Positions 26,455-36,165 of a stretch of 59,858 nt of DNA are shown here, one piece after another. The position numbers and the translations under genes were made by a program. The notes under the pieces were generated by a model, which made no database searches, was not told the origin of the DNA, and was given only the letters and a program-made list of their open reading frames with translations. Location: assembly GCA_049515915.1 (NCBI GenBank), contig JBEKTP010000001.1:72855-132712 (forward strand), written 5' to 3'. This DNA is from Patescibacteria group bacterium (GTDB lineage: Bacteria; Patescibacteriota; UBA1384; UBA12157; JAENIV01). Position 1 is the stretch's first letter. Each line of letters begins with the position of its first letter.

Positions 26455-26913
26455 CTAATTTTCTTCACCTAATTCATATCGAACAAATCTCTTAATCTGA
26501 ATATTTTCACCAGTTTTAGCCACGGCTTGCTCAATTAAAGCTTGAACGGTCGAAGACTCATCTTTAATAAAATTTGAGGCTAATAAATCCTCAAGATTTT
26601 TCGGATTCATCGAGGCAATCTGCATCGCCAAGTCTTTGGCTAAAGTTTTAAACTCAGCATTGCGGGCCACAAAGTCAGTTTCGCAGTTCAACTCTAAAAC
26701 AACGCCAATTTTACCACTATGGCAATAGCATTCGATTAAACCTTGCTTGACTGATCTCTCTTGTTTTTTTTGGGCGATCACTTGAGCATGGCTGACTAAA
26801 ATTTGCTTAGCTTTTTCAAAATCGCCGCCGGTTTTTTCAAGCGCTTTTTTACAATCCATCACCCCCCCACCCGTTTCAGCTCGAAGTCTGGCTACAAGTT
26901 CACTCGAAATCAT
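26455..26913 (-). CDS. tsf: elongation factor Ts, short form
   Basis: LRAETGGGVMDCKKAL, ELNCETDFVA, GENIQIKRF. Confidence 0.95.
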   Translation of the reverse strand: MISSELVARLRAETGGGVMDCKKALEKTGGDFEKAKQILVSHAQVIAQKKQERSVKQGLIECYCHSGKIGVVLELNCETDFVARNAEFKTLAKDLAMQIASMNPKNLEDLLASNFIKDESSTVQALIEQAVAKTGENIQIKRFVRYELGEEN

Positions 26914-27665
26914 TTATCCTCCTTTGTTTTGGATTTTATCGAGGAGTTTACCTTTTCGGTTTTCTCATCCTTTTTAGCTTGAAACTTTTTTCGCAGAATA
27001 GTTTCTTTGACGCCACTTTCAACCGCATTCAGCAAAAGAGTAATGGTTTTTTCCGAATCATCATTAGCTGGAATCGGATAATCAATTAAGTCTGGATTAG
27101 CGTTGGTGTCGCAAATAGCCACGATCGGAATTTCTGTTTTAATGGCTTCTCTGACGGCCACCTCTTCATGAGCGGCATCAACGACAAACAAAACATCAGG
27201 CAGATATTTCATCTCTTTGATCCCTTCAAAAATGGAGTTTAATTTGGAAACCTTTTCTTCAATGCGCGATCTTTCTTTTTTAGTGTATTGATTAAACTTC
27301 TCGGTTTTCATTAATTCCTCAAGATTGGTTAACTGTTTGAGGCTGCGGTTAATTGTCTCGAAATTGGTAATTGTTCCCCCCAGCCATCGTTCGATAATAA
27401 ATGGCATCCCCAAGTCGGAAGCAACTTTTTTGACAGCCTCTTTAGCCTGCCGTTTCGTGCCCAAAAAAAGAATAATTTTACCAGCGTCAATCTCCTTTTT
27501 AAGGTATTCAATCGCCGTATTTAATCGAGCCACTGTTTGTTCAAGATCAATAACATAAACACTATCACGAATCGTGTAGGTGAAATCTCGGGCTCGAGGA
27601 TGCGATCTCTCTTTTTTATGACCAAAATGCGCCCCGGCCTCCAGAAGTTCGGTTAAAGTGGGCAT
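26910..27665 (-). CDS. rpsB: 30S ribosomal protein uS2
   Basis: LLEAGAHFGH, RWLGGTITN, DTNANP, PANDD. Confidence 0.98.
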   Translation of the reverse strand: MPTLTELLEAGAHFGHKKERSHPRARDFTYTIRDSVYVIDLEQTVARLNTAIEYLKKEIDAGKIILFLGTKRQAKEAVKKVASDLGMPFIIERWLGGTITNFETINRSLKQLTNLEELMKTEKFNQYTKKERSRIEEKVSKLNSIFEGIKEMKYLPDVLFVVDAAHEEVAVREAIKTEIPIVAICDTNANPDLIDYPIPANDDSEKTITLLLNAVESGVKETILRKKFQAKKDEKTEKVNSSIKSKTKEDK

Positions 27666-27733
27666 GTTCTTTGACTCCTTAGATAATCTTAATTAATTAT
27701 ACTAAAATATAGCCGAAACTGCTATCAAAAGAA

Positions 27734-27762
27734 ATCTTACCATATCTTATAGCTTTTGACAA
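27734..27762 (-). promoter_or_regulatory. rpsB promoter
   Basis: TTGTCA-17-TAAGAT with extended TG. Confidence 0.6.
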
Positions 27763-27798
27763 TAGACGACATTAGGATCGATAAAGCTGTTTAGACGG

Positions 27799-27827
27799 TT
27801 GCAAAATTAAGGTTTTTTTGATAAGAT
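27799..27827 (+). promoter_or_regulatory. rpmE-prfA promoter, divergent from rpsB
   Basis: TTGCAA-17-TAAGAT with extended TG. Confidence 0.6.
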
Positions 27828-27842
27828 ATTAATGTTTAAAAC

Positions 27843-28118
27843 ATGAAAAAAAATATCCACCCAAAATACTACAAGAATGCCAAAGTTACTTGCTCCTGCG
27901 GTAACACTTTTGAAGTTGGCTCAACTGTTCCCGAAATCCATGTGGAAGTCTGTTCCGCCTGCCATCCATTTTACACTGGCACGGCTAAATTTATTGATAC
28001 GGCCGGGCGAGTTGATAAATTCCGCGACCGAATCAAAAAAGCTGAGGAAATGAAAGCCAATCTTCAAAAGCAAGCAACCAAAATAAAAAAACCGCAAAAA
28101 ATAGTAAAAAGTAAATAG
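27843..28118 (+). CDS. rpmE: 50S ribosomal protein bL31, zinc-binding type
   Basis: [29 protein letters not shown]. Confidence 0.98.
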   Translation: MKKNIHPKYYKNAKVTCSCGNTFEVGSTVPEIHVEVCSACHPFYTGTAKFIDTAGRVDKFRDRIKKAEEMKANLQKQATKIKKPQKIVKSK

Positions 28119-28124
28119 ATTAAA

Positions 28125-29006
28125 ATGTCCGATGATCTAAAAAAAGAGTTAGCGGAGATTGAAGAGTTGGCCAAGAAAACTGACGATCCCGAAATCAGAA
28201 AACTCGCTTTTGACGAAATTGAATCGATTAAAAATAAGCTCATCTCTTCCGACATAAATACCAATCGAAATGTTATTTTAGAAATTCGTGCCGGCACTGG
28301 CGGCGACGAAGCCGAGATTTTTGCCGGCGAGCTCTTGCGAATGTACCAGCGGTATGCTGAAAAAAGATCCTGGTATTTTGGGATTTTAAATTCAGATCGA
28401 ACCGCTTTAGGCGGGATTAAAAATCTCACCGCCGAAATTATTGGCGCGGACGCTTATCGCGATTTGCAATTTGAATCCGGGGTTCATCGCGTTCAACGCG
28501 TTCCTAAAACTGAAAAGTCCGGCCGATTACATACTTCGGCCGCTACCGTCGCCGTTTTGCCAGAAGTCGAAGAAGTTGATTTGCAAATTAACCCAGCCGA
28601 TATTCGAGTTGATGTTTATCGTGCTAAAGGTCACGGCGGTCAAGGCGTCAATACGACTGACTCAGCCGTCCGCATCACTCACTTACCGACCAGCACGGTG
28701 GTAACTTGCCAAGACGAACGCTCCCAGCTTAAAAATCGCGACAAAGCGATGAAGGTTTTACGTTCCCGACTCTATGAAGTTCAACAAGAAAAAAAACAGA
28801 AAGAGTATGGCCAAATGCGCCGTACTCAAATCGGTACGGGCGACCGCAGTGAAAAAATTAGAACTTATAATTATCCCCAAGACCGTGTGACCGATCATCG
28901 GATTAAAAAATCGTATCACAAAATAAATTCGATTTTAGAAGGCAATATCGATTCAATTATCGAAGATCTCAAAAAAGAAGATTTGGCTCTAAAACTTCGC
29001 AAGTAA
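28125..29006 (+). CDS. prfA: peptide chain release factor 1, N-terminally shortened
   Basis: GGQ, PKT (PxT) recognition motif, [23 protein letters not shown]. Confidence 0.95.
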   Translation: MSDDLKKELAEIEELAKKTDDPEIRKLAFDEIESIKNKLISSDINTNRNVILEIRAGTGGDEAEIFAGELLRMYQRYAEKRSWYFGILNSDRTALGGIKNLTAEIIGADAYRDLQFESGVHRVQRVPKTEKSGRLHTSAATVAVLPEVEEVDLQINPADIRVDVYRAKGHGGQGVNTTDSAVRITHLPTSTVVTCQDERSQLKNRDKAMKVLRSRLYEVQQEKKQKEYGQMRRTQIGTGDRSEKIRTYNYPQDRVTDHRIKKSYHKINSILEGNIDSIIEDLKKEDLALKLRK

Positions 29007-30182
29007 TCAGCTTGTGGATCCTAATTTGACCTTGACCGTGTAGTCTTTGCTACCGCGCAAATATTTGATGGTCACCTCATCATTGGGGTTATACTGCGAA
29101 ATCACCCCGCCGAGGGAATTATTCTGGTCAAGAACCTGACCGTTGATCTCCAAAATGATATCATTTTCCTTGAGTCCCGCCTTATCGGCCGGACTACCCG
29201 AGATAACGGCATCTTGACCTTGACTGGCGGTAATTAATGCTCCTTGACTGACGGATAAATTGTTGCTCGAGGCAATGTCCGGAGTCACCGTCACATAACT
29301 AACGCCCAAATATGGCTTAATGATTTTTCCGGTTTTCTCATAAGAACTAATCGCCTGTTGGGCCTGATTGATCGGAATGGCAAAACCGATGCTTTGAGCA
29401 TCACTGGCCACCGCTGTATTGATCCCGACAACTTGGCCAGCTAAATTAACGAGTGGTCCCCCCGAATTGCCGGAATTAATGGCTGCATCGGTTTGAAGAA
29501 GGTTGTTGAGCTGTTCCGTACTCGTGCCGCTACTATCACCGGCTGTCAGCTGCCGTTCTCGGGCCGAAATCACGCCTACCGTGACCGTATTTTGTAACTG
29601 CCCCAAGGCATTACCGATGGCGACCACCCACTGCCCAACCTGCAAACTATTGGAATCGCCCAAGTCAACCACCGGTAAACCGGTAGCATTAATTTTTAAG
29701 ATGGCTAAATCATTCGTCGGATCTTCAGCCGCCACGGTCGCGCTGTAACTTTTCCCCGAGGCCATCAAAACCGTCAACGTGCTCCCCGACTCGGCCACAT
29801 GTTTATTGGTCAAAATTAAACCGTCATTGGTAATAATAAAACCGGTCCCGGCCGCTTGTTGCTGATAGACCTGACCAAAAAAATCCGAAACATTACTTGT
29901 GGTCGTAATCGAAACCACCGCCGGCGAAACCTTTTTAACCGTATCGATAATAGCCGAGGACTCTTCGAGCTGTAATTTCTCGGTTTTGGTCGTCGTCAAA
30001 TTGATCCCGCTATTTTGAATCCCGAGCGCTTTTTGAAGACTGCTGTTTGATGAAATAAAAAGCAAAGCACCCGTTCCGCCAACCACCCCCATTAAAAAGG
30101 CTAGGATTAAAAAAATGACAGTAAACTTCCCCCCACGATTTTTCTTAAAAAAGTCGCTGTCTAAATAGTTAATTTTAGCCAT
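29007..30182 (-). CDS. htrA: HtrA/DegP-like serine protease (TM, trypsin, PDZ)
   Basis: TNKHV, DLAILK, GNSGGPL, PDZ. Confidence 0.92.
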   Translation of the reverse strand: MAKINYLDSDFFKKNRGGKFTVIFLILAFLMGVVGGTGALLFISSNSSLQKALGIQNSGINLTTTKTEKLQLEESSAIIDTVKKVSPAVVSITTTSNVSDFFGQVYQQQAAGTGFIITNDGLILTNKHVAESGSTLTVLMASGKSYSATVAAEDPTNDLAILKINATGLPVVDLGDSNSLQVGQWVVAIGNALGQLQNTVTVGVISARERQLTAGDSSGTSTEQLNNLLQTDAAINSGNSGGPLVNLAGQVVGINTAVASDAQSIGFAIPINQAQQAISSYEKTGKIIKPYLGVSYVTVTPDIASSNNLSVSQGALITASQGQDAVISGSPADKAGLKENDIILEINGQVLDQNNSLGGVISQYNPNDEVTIKYLRGSKDYTVKVKLGSTS

Positions 30183-30194
30183 AAAGTTTTCCTC

Positions 30195-30458
30195 CTAGGA
30201 TTCGTTAGCATGCTCGTTTTCTTCCTCTTGAATCAAACGCCCTAAATAATAAGTGACCAGCACGGCAATGATGGTAATAATCATCGCATAAATGAGCTGG
30301 GAAATCAAGGTATTGCCCGGCGAGATAAAATGACTGATCAACGATTTGATCGTATCATTCCAGGCAAGGGCGGCCACCAGACCAAAACCGGCCGTCGCCA
30401 ACTGAATCATTGTTTTTAATAATTCCCGTCTTAAACTTTTTTTTCTGCCGTTAGCCAT
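30195..30458 (-). CDS. small membrane protein, DUF5654-like
   Basis: TAGFGLVAALAWND motif, two TM segments. Confidence 0.7.
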   Translation of the reverse strand: MANGRKKSLRRELLKTMIQLATAGFGLVAALAWNDTIKSLISHFISPGNTLISQLIYAMIITIIAVLVTYYLGRLIQEEENEHANES

Positions 30459-30459
30459 T

Positions 30460-31866
30460 TTACTTCCTAATCGTTAATTTGTCATTTAAAATTTTATTGA
30501 CCAATTGCGGATTGGCTTGGCCGCGAGTTTTTTTCATCACTTGGCCAATAAGAAATCCCAGCGCTTCTTTTTTACCGACTCGATAATCAGCGACTGATTT
30601 TTCGTTCTCTTTTATGACTTCGTCGATAATTTTACCAATTTCATTCTCTGAACCGATTTGGGTTATTCCTTTTTCCGCGATGATGTCGTCAGCCGATTTA
30701 CCCGAACTGATCATCTCGGCAAAAACTTCTTTGGCTATTTTCCCGGAAATTTCACCCTTTTCAAGCTTAGAAAGTAATTTTATTAAAGCATTCGGTGCGA
30801 TGTCTAAAATCCCTTCGCTTTTTAGCTCGTTGATAATCCAGTTAGCAGCCAGTTTAGGACTGACTTTTTCAGCCACTTTTTCAAAATAGAAGGCCTCATT
30901 TCGATCAATCGATATGATAGCGGCGTCTTGCAGAGCTAAACCCATAGCAATATAACGTCGGCGTTTCTTTGCCGGCAGTTCGGGAAGTTCTCTTTTAAGA
31001 TGTTTGATATTAAAAGCTATCCGTGGATGATACGGTGGAAGATCAGGCTCGGGAAAATAGCGGTAATCCTGAGCAAACTCCTTGGAACGTTGCGGTATAG
31101 TGACACCTTTAGCATCATTCCAACCGCGCGTTTCTTTAGTGATTTTTTCACTTTTTTCTAATAATTTCTGCTGTCTACCTTCTTCAAACAATAAGGCCCG
31201 CTCGACCATCCGAAATGAATTCATATTTTTTATTTCCACAGGTGTCCCCTCTTGTTCATTAATGGCAACACTAATATTTGCATCGCATCTAAAATTTCCC
31301 TTTTCCATATCCGCATCTGATACGTCCAGATATCGTAAAATCGATCTTAATTCTTGAATAAATATCTTGGCTTCCAAGGGTGTTGAAATATCTGGCTCGG
31401 TGACGACTTCCATCAACGGCGTGCCGGCTCGATTTAAATCGACTAAAGAATAATCCTTACTGGTTGGATGTAAAAGTTTTCCAGCGTCTTCTTCTAAATG
31501 CACACGTCGTATATTAATACGCTTAAACTCGCCATTCATTTCAATTTCAAGGTAACCTGCCTTACAAAAAGGCAGATCGTACTGCGAAATCTGATAACCT
31601 TTGGGCAAATCGGGATAAAAATAATGCTTGCGGTCAAAGCGGGAAAATTCAGCGATTTGACAATTCAAAGCCAGCCCGGTCTTTAGCGTCCATTCAACCG
31701 CCTGCTTATTGACCACTGGCAAAGTCCCCGGCATTCCCAAACAAATCGGGCAAACCAAAGTATTCGGCATTGCTTCTTCAGCATTATTATCACACCGACA
31801 AAACATTTTCGATTTGGTTTTGAGCTGGATATGAATCTCCAGCCCAATAACGGTTTGATAAGACAT
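30460..31866 (-). CDS. gatB: Asp/Glu-tRNA amidotransferase subunit B
   Basis: IGLEIHIQL, YFYPDLPKGYQISQ, HLEEDAGK, DLNRAGTPLME. Confidence 0.98.
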   Translation of the reverse strand: MSYQTVIGLEIHIQLKTKSKMFCRCDNNAEEAMPNTLVCPICLGMPGTLPVVNKQAVEWTLKTGLALNCQIAEFSRFDRKHYFYPDLPKGYQISQYDLPFCKAGYLEIEMNGEFKRINIRRVHLEEDAGKLLHPTSKDYSLVDLNRAGTPLMEVVTEPDISTPLEAKIFIQELRSILRYLDVSDADMEKGNFRCDANISVAINEQEGTPVEIKNMNSFRMVERALLFEEGRQQKLLEKSEKITKETRGWNDAKGVTIPQRSKEFAQDYRYFPEPDLPPYHPRIAFNIKHLKRELPELPAKKRRRYIAMGLALQDAAIISIDRNEAFYFEKVAEKVSPKLAANWIINELKSEGILDIAPNALIKLLSKLEKGEISGKIAKEVFAEMISSGKSADDIIAEKGITQIGSENEIGKIIDEVIKENEKSVADYRVGKKEALGFLIGQVMKKTRGQANPQLVNKILNDKLTIRK

Positions 31867-31873
31867 GATTCCT

Positions 31874-32086
31874 TTATTTTTTTCTGGCCGCCAGAACTTG
31901 TTGAACCGCTTCCTCGCGAGAAATCACCGTACCATCAGAACGGTTTTGACCTTGAAGTTTGGTAACCTGATCCCACTCGTCGTCAGTTAGCTCTCCAACC
32001 CGATCATCCAATTCATGGTCGTTTTCAATCTTATTAAGCGGCGGTTGTTTAATGATTTCGGCCGGATCAAATCTTTTGTCATCCAT
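31874..32086 (-). CDS. small hypothetical protein
   Basis: 70 aa, GAGG RBS, abuts gatB. Confidence 0.65.
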   Translation of the reverse strand: MDDKRFDPAEIIKQPPLNKIENDHELDDRVGELTDDEWDQVTKLQGQNRSDGTVISREEAVQQVLAARKK

Positions 32087-32191
32087 ACTTTACCTCTTAA
32101 AGCCAAAGGGATGTCCCCGAACGCTAGTTCAAATCTAGGCTGGCTAGGGCAGCCGCATTTGAACCAGAACGACCCAAGGCGATAATTTAAT

Positions 32192-32665
32192 TTATATCAA
32201 TTCATCTAAAGCTTTTTTAAAGTTACTAATCGTATCTTTGGCTTCATAATCCATCAGCTGATACTGGGCATTGTGGACTAATTCGTTCCTGACTTTATGT
32301 CCCTTCCATGCCGCGTCATAACTTTCTGGACTAAAGCGATTCCGCGAAGCCTTCAGCCGATCCGCCATGGTCATGCCCGGCGCCCTGAAACCCTTTAAAA
32401 CATGGTCAAGCAATTTATCGGCTTCAAGTACAGCACGGGCGAAATTGGATGGGCTTCCTAACCGCATCAATTGCTCAATTTCTTGCCATTTAGAGTGAAT
32501 AAATCCTCGATCCAATCCTCCGCCGGCCGCTCTTTGACCAGATTTTCTTCGCCCAAATAACAGCTTAAATGGCAACGTTATCAACCACCATATTGTTTTT
32601 AATATGCTTTCCAAAATGTTCCCACTTTTTTGCCCCTCACGGTAGCGATGGACTTGGTAAGACAC
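32192..32665 (-). CDS. conserved hypothetical protein (TM plus helical HEPN/DUF4145-like domain)
   Basis: GTG 32665 after GAGGAG; AVLEADKLLDHVL...RNELVH pattern. Confidence 0.7.
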   Translation of the reverse strand: MSYQVHRYREGQKSGNILESILKTIWWLITLPFKLLFGRRKSGQRAAGGGLDRGFIHSKWQEIEQLMRLGSPSNFARAVLEADKLLDHVLKGFRAPGMTMADRLKASRNRFSPESYDAAWKGHKVRNELVHNAQYQLMDYEAKDTISNFKKALDELI

Positions 32666-34091
32666 CTCGACTCCTCTCAAATGAAGAACCAAGGTCAAAT
32701 ATTTTGTTTTCCGAAAGCGCTGGCCCGATAATTTGCAAACCCACCGGTAAATTATTACTTAATCCGGCCGGAATACTCATCGCCGGCACACCGGCAAGAT
32801 TAATCGAAATGGTATAAATATCAGATAAATACATCGTCAACGGATCATCGGTTTTTTCGCCAAATTTGAAAGCGGTCGTCGGCGAAACCGGTGTCAATAT
32901 TAAATCAACTTTTTTAAACGCCTCGTCAAAATCTTTTTTAACCAAAGTTCTGACTTTTTGCGCCTTGGCATAATATTGGTCAATATAGCCGGCCGACGAA
33001 GCGTACGTGCCAAGCATGATTCGCCGTTTTGATTCGTCGCCAAAACCCTCAGAACGACTCCTTAAATAAACTTCCAATAAGTCTTTTACATCTTTGACAC
33101 TATGCCCATATTTAATTCCATCGTATCGCGATAAGTTAGAAGCCACTTCCACCGCCATAATATTATAGTAGACCGGCAAAGCGTATTCGGCATTCGGCAT
33201 CGAGATCTCGATAATTTCATGTCCCATTTTTTTGATCGTCTCGATAGCTTTTTCGATAACTCCTTTGACGCCCGCCGTCATCCCCTCCCCCATATATTCT
33301 TTGACTATTCCTATTTTAAATTTTGAACTTCGAGCTTCATCTGACATTTTAATTTTGTCATTTGGAATTGAAGTGCTATCCATTGGATCATAACCAGCGA
33401 TAACTTTATACATCATTACGGCATCTTCGACTGTTTTAGCGAATGGGCCGATTTGATCAAGCGATGAAGACATCGCCATCAAACCATATCTTGATACTTT
33501 ACCGTAAGTTGGTTTAAAGCCAACTACGCCACACAAACTGGCTGGTTGGCGAATTGAACCGCCGGTGTCCGAGCCCAAAGCAGCCAAACACATATCCGCC
33601 GCGACCGCGGCGGCCGAACCGCCTGAACTTCCACCCGGCACCCGCAACAAATCCCACGGATTTTTGGTTGTCTTAAAAGCCGAGTTTTCCGTTGAAGAAC
33701 CCATCGCAAATTCATCACAATTTGTTTTGCCAATAATAATCGCCCCCGCATCTTTAAGCTTCTTTACGACCGTGGCGTCGTATGGCGGCACAAAATTTTC
33801 CAAAATTTTCGAAGCGGCCGTTGTCTTGATGCCTTTGGCGCAAATGACATCCTTAATGGCAATCGGCAGGCCGTCAATTTCAGATAAGGATTTTCCTGCT
33901 GATCTCCGACGATCTGATTCTCCAGCCATCTTAACTGTCTCATCCGATAAGACCGTTAAATAGGCATTAATGTCTTTATCATGTTTATCAATTTGGGTCA
34001 AACAATCACTAACAATATCACCCGACGATAATTCATCGTTTTTTAACTTTTCCGACGCTGTTTTTAGAGTTAATTTATTGAGCTGGCTCAT
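32637..34091 (-). CDS. gatA: Asp/Glu-tRNA amidotransferase subunit A
   Basis: amidase signature GGSSGGSAAAVAA, SDTGGSIRQPA; ATG 34091. Confidence 0.98.
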   Translation of the reverse strand: MSQLNKLTLKTASEKLKNDELSSGDIVSDCLTQIDKHDKDINAYLTVLSDETVKMAGESDRRRSAGKSLSEIDGLPIAIKDVICAKGIKTTAASKILENFVPPYDATVVKKLKDAGAIIIGKTNCDEFAMGSSTENSAFKTTKNPWDLLRVPGGSSGGSAAAVAADMCLAALGSDTGGSIRQPASLCGVVGFKPTYGKVSRYGLMAMSSSLDQIGPFAKTVEDAVMMYKVIAGYDPMDSTSIPNDKIKMSDEARSSKFKIGIVKEYMGEGMTAGVKGVIEKAIETIKKMGHEIIEISMPNAEYALPVYYNIMAVEVASNLSRYDGIKYGHSVKDVKDLLEVYLRSRSEGFGDESKRRIMLGTYASSAGYIDQYYAKAQKVRTLVKKDFDEAFKKVDLILTPVSPTTAFKFGEKTDDPLTMYLSDIYTISINLAGVPAMSIPAGLSNNLPVGLQIIGPALSENKIFDLGSSFERSRGVLPSPSLP

Positions 34092-34383
34092 TTTCTTCAA
34101 AGACCGCTTTGACTTTGATAAACCCGTCTTCTTGCTCTGGGGTATTTTTTAATATTTCACCACGATCCCATTTCTGGCCTATTCGATCGTCAGTCGTCAC
34201 ATTTTCCATCTTATTTATCTGATTAATTGGCTTGATGTCAGCCGTTTCCGCCTTATCAAGTTTCTCAAAATATTCCAAAACCGACGAAAGCTGTTTCGTA
34301 AACTTCTCTTTTTCTTCGGAGCTTAATTCCAAACGAGCAAGACTAGCGACATGCTCGACATCTTGCCTTGATATTTTTGCCAT
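34075..34383 (-). CDS. gatC: Asp/Glu-tRNA amidotransferase subunit C
   Basis: MAKISRQDVEHVASLARLEL...FIKVKAVF; track ORF to 34782 is over-extended. Confidence 0.93.
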   Translation of the reverse strand: MAKISRQDVEHVASLARLELSSEEKEKFTKQLSSVLEYFEKLDKAETADIKPINQINKMENVTTDDRIGQKWDRGEILKNTPEQEDGFIKVKAVFEENEPAQ

Positions 34384-34410
34384 TTCTATCTTAAATCTTA
34401 CATTTTTTGT

Positions 34411-34439
34411 TTGACATATGCAACTTTTTAATCTACAAT
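34411..34439 (+). promoter_or_regulatory. promoter of GC-rich orphan gene
   Basis: TTGACA-17-TACAAT. Confidence 0.75.
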
Positions 34440-34470
34440 ATGTTTTACTGTAACCCAAGGAGCGCAGACG

Positions 34471-35304
34471 ATGGCAAAAAAGCATCGTGGAAGGCCGGCT
34501 CTTAATGCGGCCGCTGTCTGGCGTTGGATTGTCAATGGCATTCTCGAGATCGAACCGGTTCGACGAACACCGGCCTTCATTCTCACGAAAGGCAAGTCTG
34601 TTCGGCAACGATGGGTTCGCCGGCGGCGCGGTCAGATCGAAACGGCCACTGCCGTCACCTATCTCCGCCTCGGAACATTCCTGGTACCACGGTGGTTTGC
34701 CGTACCGAACTGGCGGGTCGCGCATCTTAAGGAGCGAGGCTTGGATAACCGGATCCACGGCTACGCCACCTTTAAAGGACAACTAAAGGAACTCTGTTAC
34801 ATGCAGGTAGACGATCTCGACCACTGCATGCGACAGCAAGTCTATGTCCTCGAGGGCTACGAGCATCCTGGAAAGCCAATCATGAGTGACTTCATGGCGC
34901 TGATGGATCGCCTGGCGCGAATCGAGGCGATCACCGGACATATCGCCAGCCGCAAAGCCGGTGTCGACAGTCTCCACACCCTAACACTGGCGCGGCTTCG
35001 ATCCCTTCGACGATCGCTCAGCTCAATCGTGGTGAATGCGCCAACCTTTCAGGGCGACACCGATGAAAAAAAGCGACAAACAGTTTTGGCTGCACTCGAG
35101 AAAGTATCGCGGGAATGCGGAGCAATTGCTATGAGACCGCTGGGCCGGCGGGCTCGCCGCGCCAGCCGTTCGCTTCGGCGCGCGGTCGAGCACATCAGAA
35201 CTGGTCGACTGAAACTCGCCCGCGTGAGAATCATTTCGGCCTACAACAACCTCGCATATCCGTTGTCAGAGGAAAAGATCCTCGACAGGTTAAAGCGAAT
35301 ATGA
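34471..35304 (+). CDS. orphan Arg-rich protein (277 aa)
   Basis: AAGGAG RBS, own promoter and terminator, GC-rich codons. Confidence 0.75.
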   Translation: MAKKHRGRPALNAAAVWRWIVNGILEIEPVRRTPAFILTKGKSVRQRWVRRRRGQIETATAVTYLRLGTFLVPRWFAVPNWRVAHLKERGLDNRIHGYATFKGQLKELCYMQVDDLDHCMRQQVYVLEGYEHPGKPIMSDFMALMDRLARIEAITGHIASRKAGVDSLHTLTLARLRSLRRSLSSIVVNAPTFQGDTDEKKRQTVLAALEKVSRECGAIAMRPLGRRARRASRSLRRAVEHIRTGRLKLARVRIISAYNNLAYPLSEEKILDRLKRI

Positions 35305-35329
35305 GTTATGCCCGCGTAATGACGGGCCT

Positions 35330-35361
35330 ACGCCAGAGCATCTTGCTCTGGCGTTCTGTTT
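35330..35361 (+). terminator. terminator after orphan gene
   Basis: ACGCCAGAGCA-TCT-TGCTCTGGCGT then T-rich. Confidence 0.7.
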
Positions 35362-36133
35362 AGTTCGCCGTTACTGCCACGTTATCGTAAAGCACGTGGG
35401 CATCTTCGTCATAAAGACCGATTTTGCCGCTCAAAAACGAGCTCGAAGCATCGGTGTAGTTTAGTACCAACGTGCCGTTAACAAATATTTGGATATTATT
35501 ACCTTTCAGAGCGACTTTATAGGTACTCAATGTATTCAATGTTAGCTTTGGTGTATCGGCGGTCGCTAAAAATGTCTGGGTACCATTGACGAATTTGCCC
35601 AGCTCAATGCCGTTGGTTTTGGGAATAAAGTAGTAGAAATGTTGGGCGTCTTGATAACGAAACAAAATCCAGCCGACTTCCCACGGATTCGGCGTGCTAC
35701 CGGTGCGAAGCTGCTGAACCGTATCCATTTGAACGCTCAAAATATAATTTGTCCATGACGTATCACCGGCGGCCACCAGTGCGGCGTGAGTTTCAGAAGA
35801 GGAAGTCGAAACCTGCGGCGCCAGACTAAGCTGGCTATTTACGATGGCGACCGTGCCATAGCCAGTATAAACGACCTGCCACTTTGACAAGGTACCATTA
35901 AAGTCGTCTGAAAAAAGTATGGCCGCTGCTGTACCTGATGTTGACGTCGGCGTAGCCGTTTTAGTGGGCGTCAGCGTTGGAGTTGATACCGGTGTCGGCG
36001 TCGATCGCCATCTTCGCGACATAAGATACGAGGCATCAACAGTGGGTTTTAAAAAGATAATTATGCCGATCATCGCATAGATTAAAATCACTAAAAAAAC
36101 GAGGAGAAATTTGAGACGCCGGTTTGATTTCAT
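35360..36133 (-). CDS. membrane-anchored extracellular protein, Thr/Pro linker plus concanavalin-like (DUF1080/LamG-type) domain
   Basis: N-terminal TM, TPTPVSTPTLTPT linker, FSDDFNG...GKIGLY...YDNVAV beta-sandwich pattern. Confidence 0.75.
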   Translation of the reverse strand: MKSNRRLKFLLVFLVILIYAMIGIIIFLKPTVDASYLMSRRWRSTPTPVSTPTLTPTKTATPTSTSGTAAAILFSDDFNGTLSKWQVVYTGYGTVAIVNSQLSLAPQVSTSSSETHAALVAAGDTSWTNYILSVQMDTVQQLRTGSTPNPWEVGWILFRYQDAQHFYYFIPKTNGIELGKFVNGTQTFLATADTPKLTLNTLSTYKVALKGNNIQIFVNGTLVLNYTDASSSFLSGKIGLYDEDAHVLYDNVAVTAN

Positions 36134-36165
36134 CGAACCCTCCTATCGAATTTTGAATGCTAATT

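Noticed and set aside
34384-34782. N-terminal extension of gatC (235-aa ORF)
   Set aside because: Antisense to the plus-strand orphan and its promoter; GatC begins at 34383.
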